Source: Desulfarculia bacterium
Lineage (GTDB): Bacteria; Desulfobacterota; Desulfarculia; Adiutricales; JAGVGV01
Reading direction: 5' to 3'
Assembly (NCBI GenBank): GCA_963662445.1
Contig: OY759590.1
Location: 2,975,335 to 3,039,334 of the forward strand
DNA: 64,000 nucleotides
The notes below the pieces were generated by a model. That model ran no database searches. It saw nothing but the letters and a program-made list of their open reading frames with translations, and was not told where the DNA came from. Each line of letters opens with the position of its first letter. Position 1 is the first letter of the stretch. Position numbers and translations under genes: made by a program. Shown piece by piece: positions 1-8,651 of the stretch.

Positions 1-1
1 C

Positions 2-295
2 AACAACCAGCTCTCCAGCGCCCTTTCCCGCCTGCTTCTGGTTGTGGAGAGATATCCTGACCTGAAGGCCAACGAAAACTTCATCCGCCTGCAGGACGAA
101 CTGGCCGGGACCGAGAACAGGATTTCCGTGGAACGGCGTCGCTACAACGAAGCCGTTCAGACCTACAACGTGTACCGCCGCAGTTTTCCGAACAATATTT
201 TCGCCGGTATGTTCGGTTTCGAAACAGCGGAATTCTTCAAGGCGGCAGAAGAGGCCCAGGCCGCGCCAAAGGTCAATTTCGGCACCCAGAATTAA
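2..295 (+). CDS. LemA family protein, C-terminal part (5' end lies outside the window)
   Basis: Reading frame is open to the window edge. Translation ERYPDLKANENFIRLQDELAGTENRISVERRRYNEAVQTYNVYRRSFPNNIFAGMFGF matches the conserved LemA core as I remember it. Confidence 0.75.
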   Translation, partial: NNQLSSALSRLLLVVERYPDLKANENFIRLQDELAGTENRISVERRRYNEAVQTYNVYRRSFPNNIFAGMFGFETAEFFKAAEEAQAAPKVNFGTQN

Positions 296-316
296 CCCTT
301 TCACTTAATCGCGGGG

Positions 317-1012
317 TTGGCTGTGGAAATCGGAGAAATACTGGTGAGACTGGCCGTGGCCACGGGGCTGGGCCTGCTCATGGGTTACGAAAGAGAACTG
401 CACGGGCGGTCCGCCGGTCTGCGGACCAACATGATTGTCTGTGTCAGCTCCTGCCTGCTCATGATTATTTCTTTGGAGTTCCGTGATCTGCACCTGACAC
501 TCGGCAGCGACAGCGTCATTCGTCTGGATCCGACCCGTATCGCTTCCTATGCCGTGGCCGGTATGGGGTTTCTCGGGGCCGGGGCCATTATCCACGGCCG
601 GGGCAGTATCCAGGGACTGACCACCGCCGCCGGTCTCTGGGCCAATAACGCCATCGGGCTGGCTGTGGGGGCCGGACTGCTGATTCCGGCCATGCTGGGC
701 ACCTGTTTTGTCCTCCTGGCCCTGATCATGCTCCATCCGGTGGCCCGGATAATTTCCCGTGACACCTATATGCGGGTCTACATGGATTTCGACTCCTGTG
801 GGGAAAAAGTTCAGGAAATAAGGCAGTTGCTGGAAGAACACAAGGTCAAGGTCCTCTTCACCGGCTTTGAATGCAGATACGATGCAACCGTTTCCACTTA
901 CGAAGTGGCCATTCGGCTGAAAAGCCAACAGAATTGGGACGAACTTATTCATTCCCTCCGTCGGGTGGAAGGCCTGACCCGCCTGAAGTGGACCGAAGGG
1001 TACGTGCCTTGA
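317..1012 (+). CDS. MgtC/SapB family membrane protein
   Basis: TTG start. N-terminus LVRLAVATGLGLLMGYERELHGRSAGLRTNMIVCVSSCLLMI is the typical MgtC signature, followed by more TM helices and a soluble C-terminal domain. Confidence 0.8.
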   Translation: MAVEIGEILVRLAVATGLGLLMGYERELHGRSAGLRTNMIVCVSSCLLMIISLEFRDLHLTLGSDSVIRLDPTRIASYAVAGMGFLGAGAIIHGRGSIQGLTTAAGLWANNAIGLAVGAGLLIPAMLGTCFVLLALIMLHPVARIISRDTYMRVYMDFDSCGEKVQEIRQLLEEHKVKVLFTGFECRYDATVSTYEVAIRLKSQQNWDELIHSLRRVEGLTRLKWTEGYVP

Positions 1013-1064
1013 CGGTGAGCCCGGCAGACGATCCCGAAGGACACAGGCTTGGACGGTTGAGATC

Positions 1065-1739
1065 ATGGACAAGCTCATACAGGCTGCGGAAGACCTGAGA
1101 TACCTGCTTGGCCGTGGATACCCGCGAACTGGAGCCCTTACCTTCGCCGGCAACCATTATCAGCTTCCACGGGAACAGCGGGAGATTCTCAACCGGGGCG
1201 TCTATCCGGACGCTGAAGCCTCGGCCCGCCGCTGCAAACTGCTTCCGCCGGACAGCATCGCCGGCCGGTCCGTCGGAGTGGACGGGCATAATGTACTGAT
1301 AACCCTGGAAAGCGCCCTCAGGGACCGGACTATCGTCGAATGCGACGACGGCCTGATTCGCGATGTGGCCGGTGTTTACGCCTCTTACCAGCCCGACGAA
1401 TGGACAGACAAGGCCCTGCGGCTGGTTCTGGACTATCTGGTTGAGCACCGTGTCCATTCCATTGTCTTTCTGCTCGATGCGCCGCTCAGTTTCAGCGGCG
1501 AACTGGCAGCAGAAATCGGGGCTGTCATGTCCGGAAAACAGATAATGGGCCGGGCTCGGGCCGTGCCGGTACCCGATGCGGAACTCTATGCCTTCTCCGG
1601 CCTGGTCGCCACCAGCGATTCGGTGCTCATAGACCGTGTGGACGAGCCCTTGGACCTGGCCGGGTGCATCATCAGGGAACGCTTCCCCGGCCTGGAAAGG
1701 CGCAGTCTGCGCCCGACCGGGTCTCCGGACGCCTTATAG
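1065..1739 (+). CDS. DUF434-like conserved hypothetical protein
   Basis: N-terminal AAEDLRYLLGRGYPRTGALTFAGNHYQLPREQREILNRGV resembles the DUF434 motif as I recall it. Assignment is from memory only. Confidence 0.45.
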   Translation: MDKLIQAAEDLRYLLGRGYPRTGALTFAGNHYQLPREQREILNRGVYPDAEASARRCKLLPPDSIAGRSVGVDGHNVLITLESALRDRTIVECDDGLIRDVAGVYASYQPDEWTDKALRLVLDYLVEHRVHSIVFLLDAPLSFSGELAAEIGAVMSGKQIMGRARAVPVPDAELYAFSGLVATSDSVLIDRVDEPLDLAGCIIRERFPGLERRSLRPTGSPDAL

Positions 1740-1775
1740 GCCGGACATACAGAACATCTTGGAAAGAAACAGCTT

Positions 1776-2750
1776 ATGACCGTTGGCTACGGAATATTCT
1801 CCGGCGGGCTCGATTCCATGCTCTCCGCCCTGGTCCTCAGGGAGCAGGGGCTGGAAGTGCGTCTGCTCACCTTCACTTCTCCCTTCTTCGATGCCGAAAG
1901 AGCCATTCTTTCCGCCCGCTCCATCGGCCTGGAAACCCGCGCCGTGGATCTGACCGGCAAATATATGCCCATGCTTCAGAAACCCAGATACGGGTACGGC
2001 AAAGGCATGAACCCCTGTATCGACTGCCACGCCCTCATGTTCAGAGAAGCTGGCGAGATCATGGCCGCCGAAGGCGGTGATTTTCTGTTCTCCGGCGAAG
2101 TCCTGGGCCAACGCCCCAAGTCTCAGAACCGCCAGGCCATGGATCTGGTGGGCAACGCTTCCGGATTCAGCCTCGATATCCTGAGGCCGCTCAGCGCCCA
2201 ACTCCTGCCGCCCACCAGGGTGGAAGAACTAGGCCTTGTCGACCGGAGCCGCCTGCTGGCCCTCTCCGGGCGGACCCGCAAACCCCAGATGGAACTGGCC
2301 GTGCGTTACGGCGTGAGAGACTACCCCGCGCCTGCCGGAGGCTGTCTCCTGACCGATCCTATTTTTGCCCGCCGTCTCAAGGAACTGGCTGCCCAGGGCT
2401 GGCACCTGGATCTGCGCGACGTGGAACTGCTCAAGACAGGAAGGCACTTCCGCCTGCCCGGTGGAGGCAAGCTGGTCGTAGGCCGCAACCAGGCCGAAAA
2501 CGAGTTCATGGAAAAACTTGTCCGCCCGGCGGACCTGGTCTTTCACATGGACCGGGTCCCCGGCCCGCTGGTCATATTGGCCGACGGCGGCGGGGAAGGG
2601 GACAGAGCCCTGGGGGAAGCCATGGCCGCAGCCTACAGCGATGCGGCCGACGGACAGGCCGACACCGTTCTGGTCATGCAGGGAGAACGGCGGGAAACAA
2701 AGGAAGTGACCGTGCGGCCCAAAAGCGAATTTGCCGACATGATGGTCTGA
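1776..2750 (+). CDS. PP-loop ATP pyrophosphatase superfamily protein (ThiI/MnmA-like tRNA sulfurtransferase-type)
   Basis: N-terminal SGGLDS PP-loop motif (GIFSGGLDSMLSALVL). CIDCHALMF and FSGEVLGQRPKSQNRQAM are as in tRNA thiolation enzymes. Confidence 0.65.
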   Translation: MTVGYGIFSGGLDSMLSALVLREQGLEVRLLTFTSPFFDAERAILSARSIGLETRAVDLTGKYMPMLQKPRYGYGKGMNPCIDCHALMFREAGEIMAAEGGDFLFSGEVLGQRPKSQNRQAMDLVGNASGFSLDILRPLSAQLLPPTRVEELGLVDRSRLLALSGRTRKPQMELAVRYGVRDYPAPAGGCLLTDPIFARRLKELAAQGWHLDLRDVELLKTGRHFRLPGGGKLVVGRNQAENEFMEKLVRPADLVFHMDRVPGPLVILADGGGEGDRALGEAMAAAYSDAADGQADTVLVMQGERRETKEVTVRPKSEFADMMV

Positions 2751-2777
2751 AGCGGAACCCGGCGGACCAGCTTCGGC

Positions 2778-3590
2778 TCAGGGCTCCGGCCCGGTGATTA
2801 AAGGCTTGACTACGTACTGTCCCAGACCTCCGGTATATCCTTTCCTCTGGATATCCAGCCCATAGGCCTCGGCCTCGGCCCGGCTGTCGAACTGCCCCAC
2901 CATCAGCCGGTAATAAAGCTTCGAATTGACCTCCACCCGGCGCACGAAGGCTGGCAGGCCTGCTGATTTGAGACGGGCCAGGGAGGTGTCCGCGTTGTCC
3001 TTGATGCTGAATGAAGCCAGGTGGACGGTGAATTTCAGACCGGAGTGAACAGGTTCAACCGGGGCGGTTCCGGCCGTGGAAACAACGGGTTTGGCCGCTG
3101 TAACAGGTGCGGGTCTGGCCGGAGGGGCTTGGGGCGCAGGGGCGGCGGCGGGCGCCGCCTGCCGGGCAGGCGGAACCGCTTGAGGCTGTGAATCCCCGGT
3201 TTGTTGCGGACTCCCGGCAATTTGCAGACCTACGGAAGAAAGGCGGCTGGCCACCGGCGAATTCTGCATGGCCGCCTTGACCATGGGCGACTCAGGTGTG
3301 ATGGCCGGAGCCTGGTTGGCGGACGCATCCGCCATGGTCAGCCGCTGGGTGATGGTGTTACTGCCAGTATCGGCCGGAGCTGGTTCTCCTGTCGGAAAAA
3401 GCAGGCTCAGCCCGGCCCAGGCCAGGATGCATACCGCTACCGCAATGGAAGTTGGCAGAACAATCTGGGTCAGCCTGTTGCGTCTCACGGCGCAGGCCGT
3501 GCGGCGTCGGCGGTCGTTCATGAAGAACATGACCCCTCCGGTCAGGAGCACACCCAGAAGCAGACCGATGGTCAGAGTTATGCCAAACAT
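2778..3590 (-). CDS. SPOR domain-containing membrane protein
   Basis: N-terminal TM helix, a long Pro/Ala-rich linker, and a C-terminal SPOR-like domain (FTVHLASFSIKDNADTSLARLKSAGLPAFVRRVEVNSKLYYRLMVGQFDSRAEAEAYG). Confidence 0.8.
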   Translation of the reverse strand: MFGITLTIGLLLGVLLTGGVMFFMNDRRRRTACAVRRNRLTQIVLPTSIAVAVCILAWAGLSLLFPTGEPAPADTGSNTITQRLTMADASANQAPAITPESPMVKAAMQNSPVASRLSSVGLQIAGSPQQTGDSQPQAVPPARQAAPAAAPAPQAPPARPAPVTAAKPVVSTAGTAPVEPVHSGLKFTVHLASFSIKDNADTSLARLKSAGLPAFVRRVEVNSKLYYRLMVGQFDSRAEAEAYGLDIQRKGYTGGLGQYVVKPLITGPEP

Positions 3591-3874
3591 CAGATTTCTT
3601 CCTTGGTTCGCCGTCCGGCGTAAAATGATATCGGTTAACCTGCTTATCTATACTATATTGCTGGTCAAAAAACAAAAACATAACCCATTTGATTCCGGCT
3701 TGTTTTTAAAATATGCAAATGCCGAAAGTCTTGAATGAACAATGTTCATAAAGGGCAATGGCGTTCAGGCCTTGACCGGCCTGACTGAAAAAGCACGGGA
3801 CCGGCGAAAAAAAGAAAATTAATACCCCAATGAGTCTTGACATTCATTCGTAAAGTGGGTTATCCACGACATTT

Positions 3875-3888
3875 GGACAAATTTGTCC
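3875..3888. promoter_or_regulatory. Perfect 14-bp palindrome GGACAAATTTGTCC upstream of the Hdr-like operon (candidate operator)
   Basis: Read directly from the sequence. It lies about 40 nt upstream of the AGGAGG-preceded TTG start at 3927. No known regulator is assigned. Confidence 0.3.
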
Positions 3889-3926
3889 GCACGTTTCTCT
3901 GGCACCCGCGCAACAGGAGGAAACGG

Positions 3927-5663
3927 TTGTTTAACATAGCTCTGTATCTGGCTCTGGCCATTTTTGTTTTCGGAGTCCTTTATCGGGTCTGGACCTGGTC
4001 CAGGATCCGCATCGGATTGGATGCGGCCCGCTATTCCGTCTCGGCCCGGACTTCCGCCGTCATCGTCGGTGTTTTGACTTCATTATTCAGCGTTCGGCTT
4101 CTAAGATCCATAAAGGTTTTTGTCCTGGATGTCGCTTTACAGATGAAGCTCCTGCGTCAGGACCGCCTGCGCTGGTTCATGCATATGTGCATCTTCACAG
4201 GCTTCATGGCCCTGCTCTTTATGCACGCCATGGACGAACTGGTCAGCAAGGAACTCTTCTCTGACTACGAGGCCACGATTAACCCCTATCTCGTGCTCCG
4301 GAACGTCTTCGGACTCATGCTGGCCGTGGGGCTGGCCATTTCCGTATACCGCCGCATCGTCCGCAGACGTCACCAGACCACGGCCAAGGGCGTGGACCCT
4401 CTGGCCCTGTTCATTCTGGTCGGCATCACCGCCACCGGCTTTCTCCTCGAAGGAGCCAAGATAGTCTCCGCCCCGGTCTTCGACCGCATGGTGGAAGATT
4501 TCTCCGATACGGATGAGGAAGAAGAAGTCAACGCCCTCAAAACCTACTGGGCCGCCGAATACGGCGTGGTCTTCCAGGAAGAACTCCCACTCGGCGATGA
4601 GGACGTGCTGGCCCAGGGCTTCGATCTGCACGAATCCAGTTGCGCCGGCTGCCATTCCCCGGCCCAATGGGCTTTCGTCTCCTATCCCCTGGCCAAGATG
4701 ATGGCTCCGGCCGCGGCCTTCCTCAATAAGACCCGAGCCGACCTCTGGCTCTGGTATGTCCATTTCCTTTTCTGTTTTGTCGGGTTGGCCTATCTGCCCT
4801 TCAGCCGCATGTTTCACGCCCTGTCCAGCCCCCTCAACCTGGTGGTTATCGGGGCGATGGGCAATAAAAGGACCATCCCCGGACGTCTGGCCGGACTGCG
4901 GGCCATGGAACTGGATGCCTGCACCCAGTGCGGTCATTGCAGCGACCACTGTTCCGTCACTCCGGTCTTCAACCGCACGGCCAACGCCAATGTTCTGCCT
5001 TCCCAGAAAATCAACGCCCTCAAGGCCCTTTTCTCGGGAGAACACCTCGAGCAGTCCGAAATGCGGGCCATTCAGGAGGGCAGCTATGCCTGCACCAGTT
5101 GTTTCCGCTGCACTACCGTCTGTCCGGTGGGTATAAACCTCCAGGACCTCTGGCTGGCTTCCCGGCAGGAACTGGCCGCACGAGGCTTTCCCGATCCCGC
5201 CGTCTGGGCCCGCAACACCGGAGCTTCGGAATTCGGACGGGTAGTGGCCTCCGCCAACGGTGAACCCTTCACCACCAATGGGCACAAGGTGCAGACCGAA
5301 CTTAATCTGTCCTGTCAGGCTGGCACTTTCGCCAACTGTTTCACCTGCCGCACCTGCACCAACGGCTGCCCGGTAGTCCTCGCCTCGGATGACCCGGCGG
5401 CGGAACTGGACCTTGTCCCTCACCAGATTATGCACTGCCTGCATCTGGGCCTGACCGATATGGCCCTGAACTCGCGCATGATCTGGAACTGCCTGACCTG
5501 CTACAAATGTCAGGAACTTTGCCCCCAGGGTGTCAAAGTGACGGATATTTTTTATGAAATGAAGAACATGGCTTACCGCCGACTCCGTGAGGACGAAGCC
5601 GTCAAACCGGCCTTGCCCGAAACCGAATGCCGGGAGTCATCCGATGTGGAGGCGAAGTCATGA
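3927..5663 (+). CDS. Membrane-anchored iron-sulfur protein: NarI/DsrM/HdrE-like polytopic domain fused to an HdrC-like domain with four [4Fe-4S] motifs
   Basis: AGGAGG at 3915-3920 precedes TTG 3927; the ORF is open from 3837, so the start is uncertain. It has 5-6 hydrophobic helices with His pairs (FMHMCIFTGFMALLFMHAM; YVHFLF..SRMFHAL). These are followed by CTQCGHCSDHCSV, CTSCFRCTTVCPV, CFTCRTCTNGCPV and CLTCYKCQELCPQG. Confidence 0.75.
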   Translation: MFNIALYLALAIFVFGVLYRVWTWSRIRIGLDAARYSVSARTSAVIVGVLTSLFSVRLLRSIKVFVLDVALQMKLLRQDRLRWFMHMCIFTGFMALLFMHAMDELVSKELFSDYEATINPYLVLRNVFGLMLAVGLAISVYRRIVRRRHQTTAKGVDPLALFILVGITATGFLLEGAKIVSAPVFDRMVEDFSDTDEEEEVNALKTYWAAEYGVVFQEELPLGDEDVLAQGFDLHESSCAGCHSPAQWAFVSYPLAKMMAPAAAFLNKTRADLWLWYVHFLFCFVGLAYLPFSRMFHALSSPLNLVVIGAMGNKRTIPGRLAGLRAMELDACTQCGHCSDHCSVTPVFNRTANANVLPSQKINALKALFSGEHLEQSEMRAIQEGSYACTSCFRCTTVCPVGINLQDLWLASRQELAARGFPDPAVWARNTGASEFGRVVASANGEPFTTNGHKVQTELNLSCQAGTFANCFTCRTCTNGCPVVLASDDPAAELDLVPHQIMHCLHLGLTDMALNSRMIWNCLTCYKCQELCPQGVKVTDIFYEMKNMAYRRLREDEAVKPALPETECRESSDVEAKS

Positions 5664-6517
5664 ACTACGCGCTTTTCCTGGGCTGTAAGATACCGTTCTA
5701 CCTGGAACAGTACGGCGTCGCCGTCAGGGCCGTCATGAAGAAACTGGATGTGGGGCTGGTGGATATGGAATTCAACTGCTGCGGATACCCCATTCGCAGC
5801 CTGGATTTCGAAGCCTTCGTGCTGTCCGGAGCCCGTAATATCGCCCTGGCCGAAAAAAAAGGCCTGGACATCATGACCCCCTGCAAATGCTGTTTCGGCA
5901 GTCTCAAGCACACCAACCACATGCTCCGGGAGCATCCGGAACTCCGGGACCGCATCAATCGGTCGCTGGCCGCCGAAGACTTGAAGTGGGAAGGCTCCAC
6001 CGTGGTCAAGCACCTCCTGACCGTACTCGATCAGGATGTCACCACGGAAAAGATTGCCGCCAGCCTGAAAAACACATACAGCGGCCTGAAGATAGCCGCC
6101 CATTACGGCTGTCACGCCCTGCGGCCCAGCAATGTGACCGGATTCGACAACGCCCTCAATCCTACCATTTTCGAACGTCTGGTGGCCTTGACCGGGGCCG
6201 AGCCGGTGGACTGGTCGTTGAGGCTTGATTGTTGCGGGAACCCACTGAGAGGCCAGAACGACCGGTTGGCCTTGAACATGATGCGCCGCAAGGTGGAAAA
6301 CGCCAGACAATCCGGTGCGCATTACCTCTCCACCGCCTGCACCTATTGTCAGATACAGTTCGACACGGCTCAGGCTGCTGACGCGCAATCCACGAACCGG
6401 CTCCCGGCCGTGACCTATCCCCAGCTCCTCGGCCTGCCCCTCGGCCTGCCCGAATCGGTGCTGGGACTGCGCCGGAATATGGTGGACGCAACAGGACTCA
6501 AAAAATACCTGTCCTGA
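5660..6517 (+). CDS. Heterodisulfide reductase subunit B-like protein (two CCG domains)
   Basis: ATG overlaps the upstream stop (ATGA at 5660-5663). The sequence MNYALFLGCKIPF...FNCCGYP...CKCC and HYGCHALRP...LDCCGNP...CTYCQIQF gives two CCG-type Cys motifs. Confidence 0.8.
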   Translation: MNYALFLGCKIPFYLEQYGVAVRAVMKKLDVGLVDMEFNCCGYPIRSLDFEAFVLSGARNIALAEKKGLDIMTPCKCCFGSLKHTNHMLREHPELRDRINRSLAAEDLKWEGSTVVKHLLTVLDQDVTTEKIAASLKNTYSGLKIAAHYGCHALRPSNVTGFDNALNPTIFERLVALTGAEPVDWSLRLDCCGNPLRGQNDRLALNMMRRKVENARQSGAHYLSTACTYCQIQFDTAQAADAQSTNRLPAVTYPQLLGLPLGLPESVLGLRRNMVDATGLKKYLS

Positions 6518-6545
6518 AAATCAGCCTGGCCTGATTATTGCCAAC

Positions 6546-6577
6546 CCCCGCCAATCCCGGCGGGGTTTTCTTTTTTT
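6546..6577 (+). terminator. Intrinsic terminator after the hdrB-like gene
   Basis: Hairpin CCCCGCC-aatccc-GGCGGGG is followed by TTTTCTTTTTTT. Confidence 0.75.
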
Positions 6578-6651
6578 CTTGCAACAAGACTGGATGTATT
6601 TTCCCGCCGCCGTCTTCTGTCTTGATCTGTTTCACTACTTCCAACCAACTC

Positions 6652-6735
6652 CAGCGGGAGCACCGGGAGCTCAGGGTGGGGCCAGGCGCAAGCCTGGTCC
6701 AGGCGATTGCCTGGGGGGCGAAGCATTACGCCGCC
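6652..6735. repeat. REP-like GC-rich palindromic element (dispersed copy)
   Basis: Contains cagcgggagcaccggg and two hairpins, CCAGGC-gcaa-GCCTGG (6682-6697) and CCAGGC-gatt-GCCTGG (6699-6714), then ggggcgaagcattacgccgcc. The same modules occur at 30781-31088, 31403-31517 and 38401-38480. Confidence 0.7.
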
Positions 6736-6745
6736 CAGCCGGATG

Positions 6746-7414
6746 CTATATGATTCCCAGGGCCTTCACCAAAGCCGCCTGGTGGAATTCGGCGGCCAGA
6801 TGCACCGGGCTTTTCCCGGTTATCGGGTCCCAGCCCGCCGGGTTGGCTGTGCAGTGGAACTGCGAAATCAGCCCCATCTGCCGGGCGGCTTCCTCGGCCT
6901 TGACTCCGATGATGCTGCTGGCCGCCTCCCAGGTCGCGCCGCAGGGGGCGCCCCGTAAAACCCTTACGGATTCAACCAGACCACCGGCGCACCTTATCTC
7001 AAATTCGGGCATACCGAAGAGGCGGCCGTACGGTCCGAGCCGTTCCAGGCCGGGCAATCCGCAGCAGGTGATGGGAGTGATGGCTTCTTTTATCCGCAGT
7101 TTTTTTCCCGATGCCACCACCGGTATGCCTTTCCGGCGGCACATCTCGGCCAGGTCGTGCGACAGGTCGGGGTGTTTGAGATAATCCAGGACCAGATCGG
7201 TTTCCAGGTCAGGGGGCAGGTAATCACGCCCGTCGTCAATGACGGGCGGCAGGGATGAATCGATATTGACCGTCCGCAACTCGAAGGATTCACCGCCGTG
7301 AAGCCTGATGCCGCGAATCTTGCTTTCTCCGCTGCCGTTCTGCTGGAAGACCGTGATTCTCTGCGGTGGATGCACCGGTTTCTCCGTCTGAAGGTGCTGA
7401 TTCATGGCCGTCAT
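6746..7414 (-). CDS. DUF166-like conserved protein
   Basis: The ATG at 7414 shares one base with the upstream TGA (TGATG); a GTG at 7417 is also possible. General layout and Cys pattern (ITCCGLPG...RCAGG...GAPCG) resemble DUF166/COG1810 as I recall it. Confidence 0.45.
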   Translation of the reverse strand: MTAMNQHLQTEKPVHPPQRITVFQQNGSGESKIRGIRLHGGESFELRTVNIDSSLPPVIDDGRDYLPPDLETDLVLDYLKHPDLSHDLAEMCRRKGIPVVASGKKLRIKEAITPITCCGLPGLERLGPYGRLFGMPEFEIRCAGGLVESVRVLRGAPCGATWEAASSIIGVKAEEAARQMGLISQFHCTANPAGWDPITGKSPVHLAAEFHQAALVKALGII

Positions 7415-8385
7415 CACCTTTCGCCGTTTCCGGACAGCATCTGGTGAGGTGCTTCCAGTATCTTGTTCAGCAGGAGTTCCCGGCTGTTATCGTAACCGGC
7501 CCAGTCGAATCTGAAATTCATTCCGGCGGCCAGATCGGCGGTTACTTTTTTGTAGCCGCAGACCTCATAAGCCTTTTGCAGCTTTTCCGAAAGTGGATGA
7601 ATCATGGGTGCGCCGGACCATTCGTAGGGTTTTGCCGCCCCTTCTCTGAACAGAAATCCGGTTTCCACAGCCACGGCAAGGTCCTGCAATGTCCGTCCCT
7701 GTCCAGCCGCCTTGATCGCCTCCAGTTCGGCCTGACGGGTCGGGTCCACAAAAAAGAACATGGGGGAATAGATATAGGCATTGTTGAAGAGCATGGCGTT
7801 GGCCACGTACGCATGAATGTCCAGGCGTCTGGCCACGGCGTAAAAAACTTCCATGACTTCGTCGCGTATGCCCAGACCGGGATGCTCCTGGCCGGGCAGT
7901 TGGGGCCTTTCCGGCGTAAAACCCAGCAAAGGATTCTGCAGCAGAAACCATTCTATTTTGATGACCGTGTAATCGCCTTCGGAACAGGCATCTTCGGCGC
8001 TGGCCAGAGGGAGAGTCCAGGTTGCTTTGCGGAAACGCCCTTCCATGACCAGATGCTCATCGCCGGAGGCCTTGCCGGTAATTCTCATGTTCTGGCACCA
8101 CGGGTCGCCGGAGAGGGTGACCGCGAGGTCCGAATAGCCCCGCTTCTCGATGCGGGGCAGAACGCCGAGTTCCCTGAGCGCGTAAGCCACGCCTTCGTCG
8201 GTGTAATAACCGAAGAGTTTTGTCCGGCCCGGCCCGGCCATGAAATCCTGGGAAGAGAAGCCCAGAGAGTCCGATGCCGCCCCGGTAAGGCGGGTTACAT
8301 CGAGTTTTCCGGCCGCTTTTCTTATCTCTTCAAGCCTGGGTTCTTTGCCGCGCCTGGCAAGAAGCCAGCGGAAAGGATGAGGCAT
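7414..8385 (-). CDS. Conserved hypothetical protein (323 aa, no family recognised)
   Basis: Long ORF translationally coupled to the downstream DUF166-like gene. Amino-acid composition looks coding. The overlapping + strand ORF 7366-8430 looks like a shadow ORF. Confidence 0.6.
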   Translation of the reverse strand: MPHPFRWLLARRGKEPRLEEIRKAAGKLDVTRLTGAASDSLGFSSQDFMAGPGRTKLFGYYTDEGVAYALRELGVLPRIEKRGYSDLAVTLSGDPWCQNMRITGKASGDEHLVMEGRFRKATWTLPLASAEDACSEGDYTVIKIEWFLLQNPLLGFTPERPQLPGQEHPGLGIRDEVMEVFYAVARRLDIHAYVANAMLFNNAYIYSPMFFFVDPTRQAELEAIKAAGQGRTLQDLAVAVETGFLFREGAAKPYEWSGAPMIHPLSEKLQKAYEVCGYKKVTADLAAGMNFRFDWAGYDNSRELLLNKILEAPHQMLSGNGER

Positions 8386-8651
8386 GTGGCGTTGATCCTG
8401 TTTGCCCGCGCCATAAGGCCCACGGGGTGAAAATTACAAAATAATCATCGAATTACCACCATATGATTATCATTAAGTGAGACCGGCCTTGTCAACAGCA
8501 AAACCCAACTCTCTGACTTTATTGCCTGTTTCTGAGCATCCGCCGAAATATAAGGCAAAAACCCGGAAAGTCCGCTTGACTTTGCCCCGGCCGGTGAAAA
8601 ATAATCAACCGATTGCCACTTATTCGTCCTTAATCCGAAAGAGGTTGGTTT

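Noticed and set aside
3901-3917. Sigma-54-like promoter (TGGCAC at 3901-3906) upstream of the Hdr-like gene
   Set aside because: The downstream element reads CAACA rather than TTGC(A/T) at the required spacing. No enhancer-binding protein gene is adjacent.
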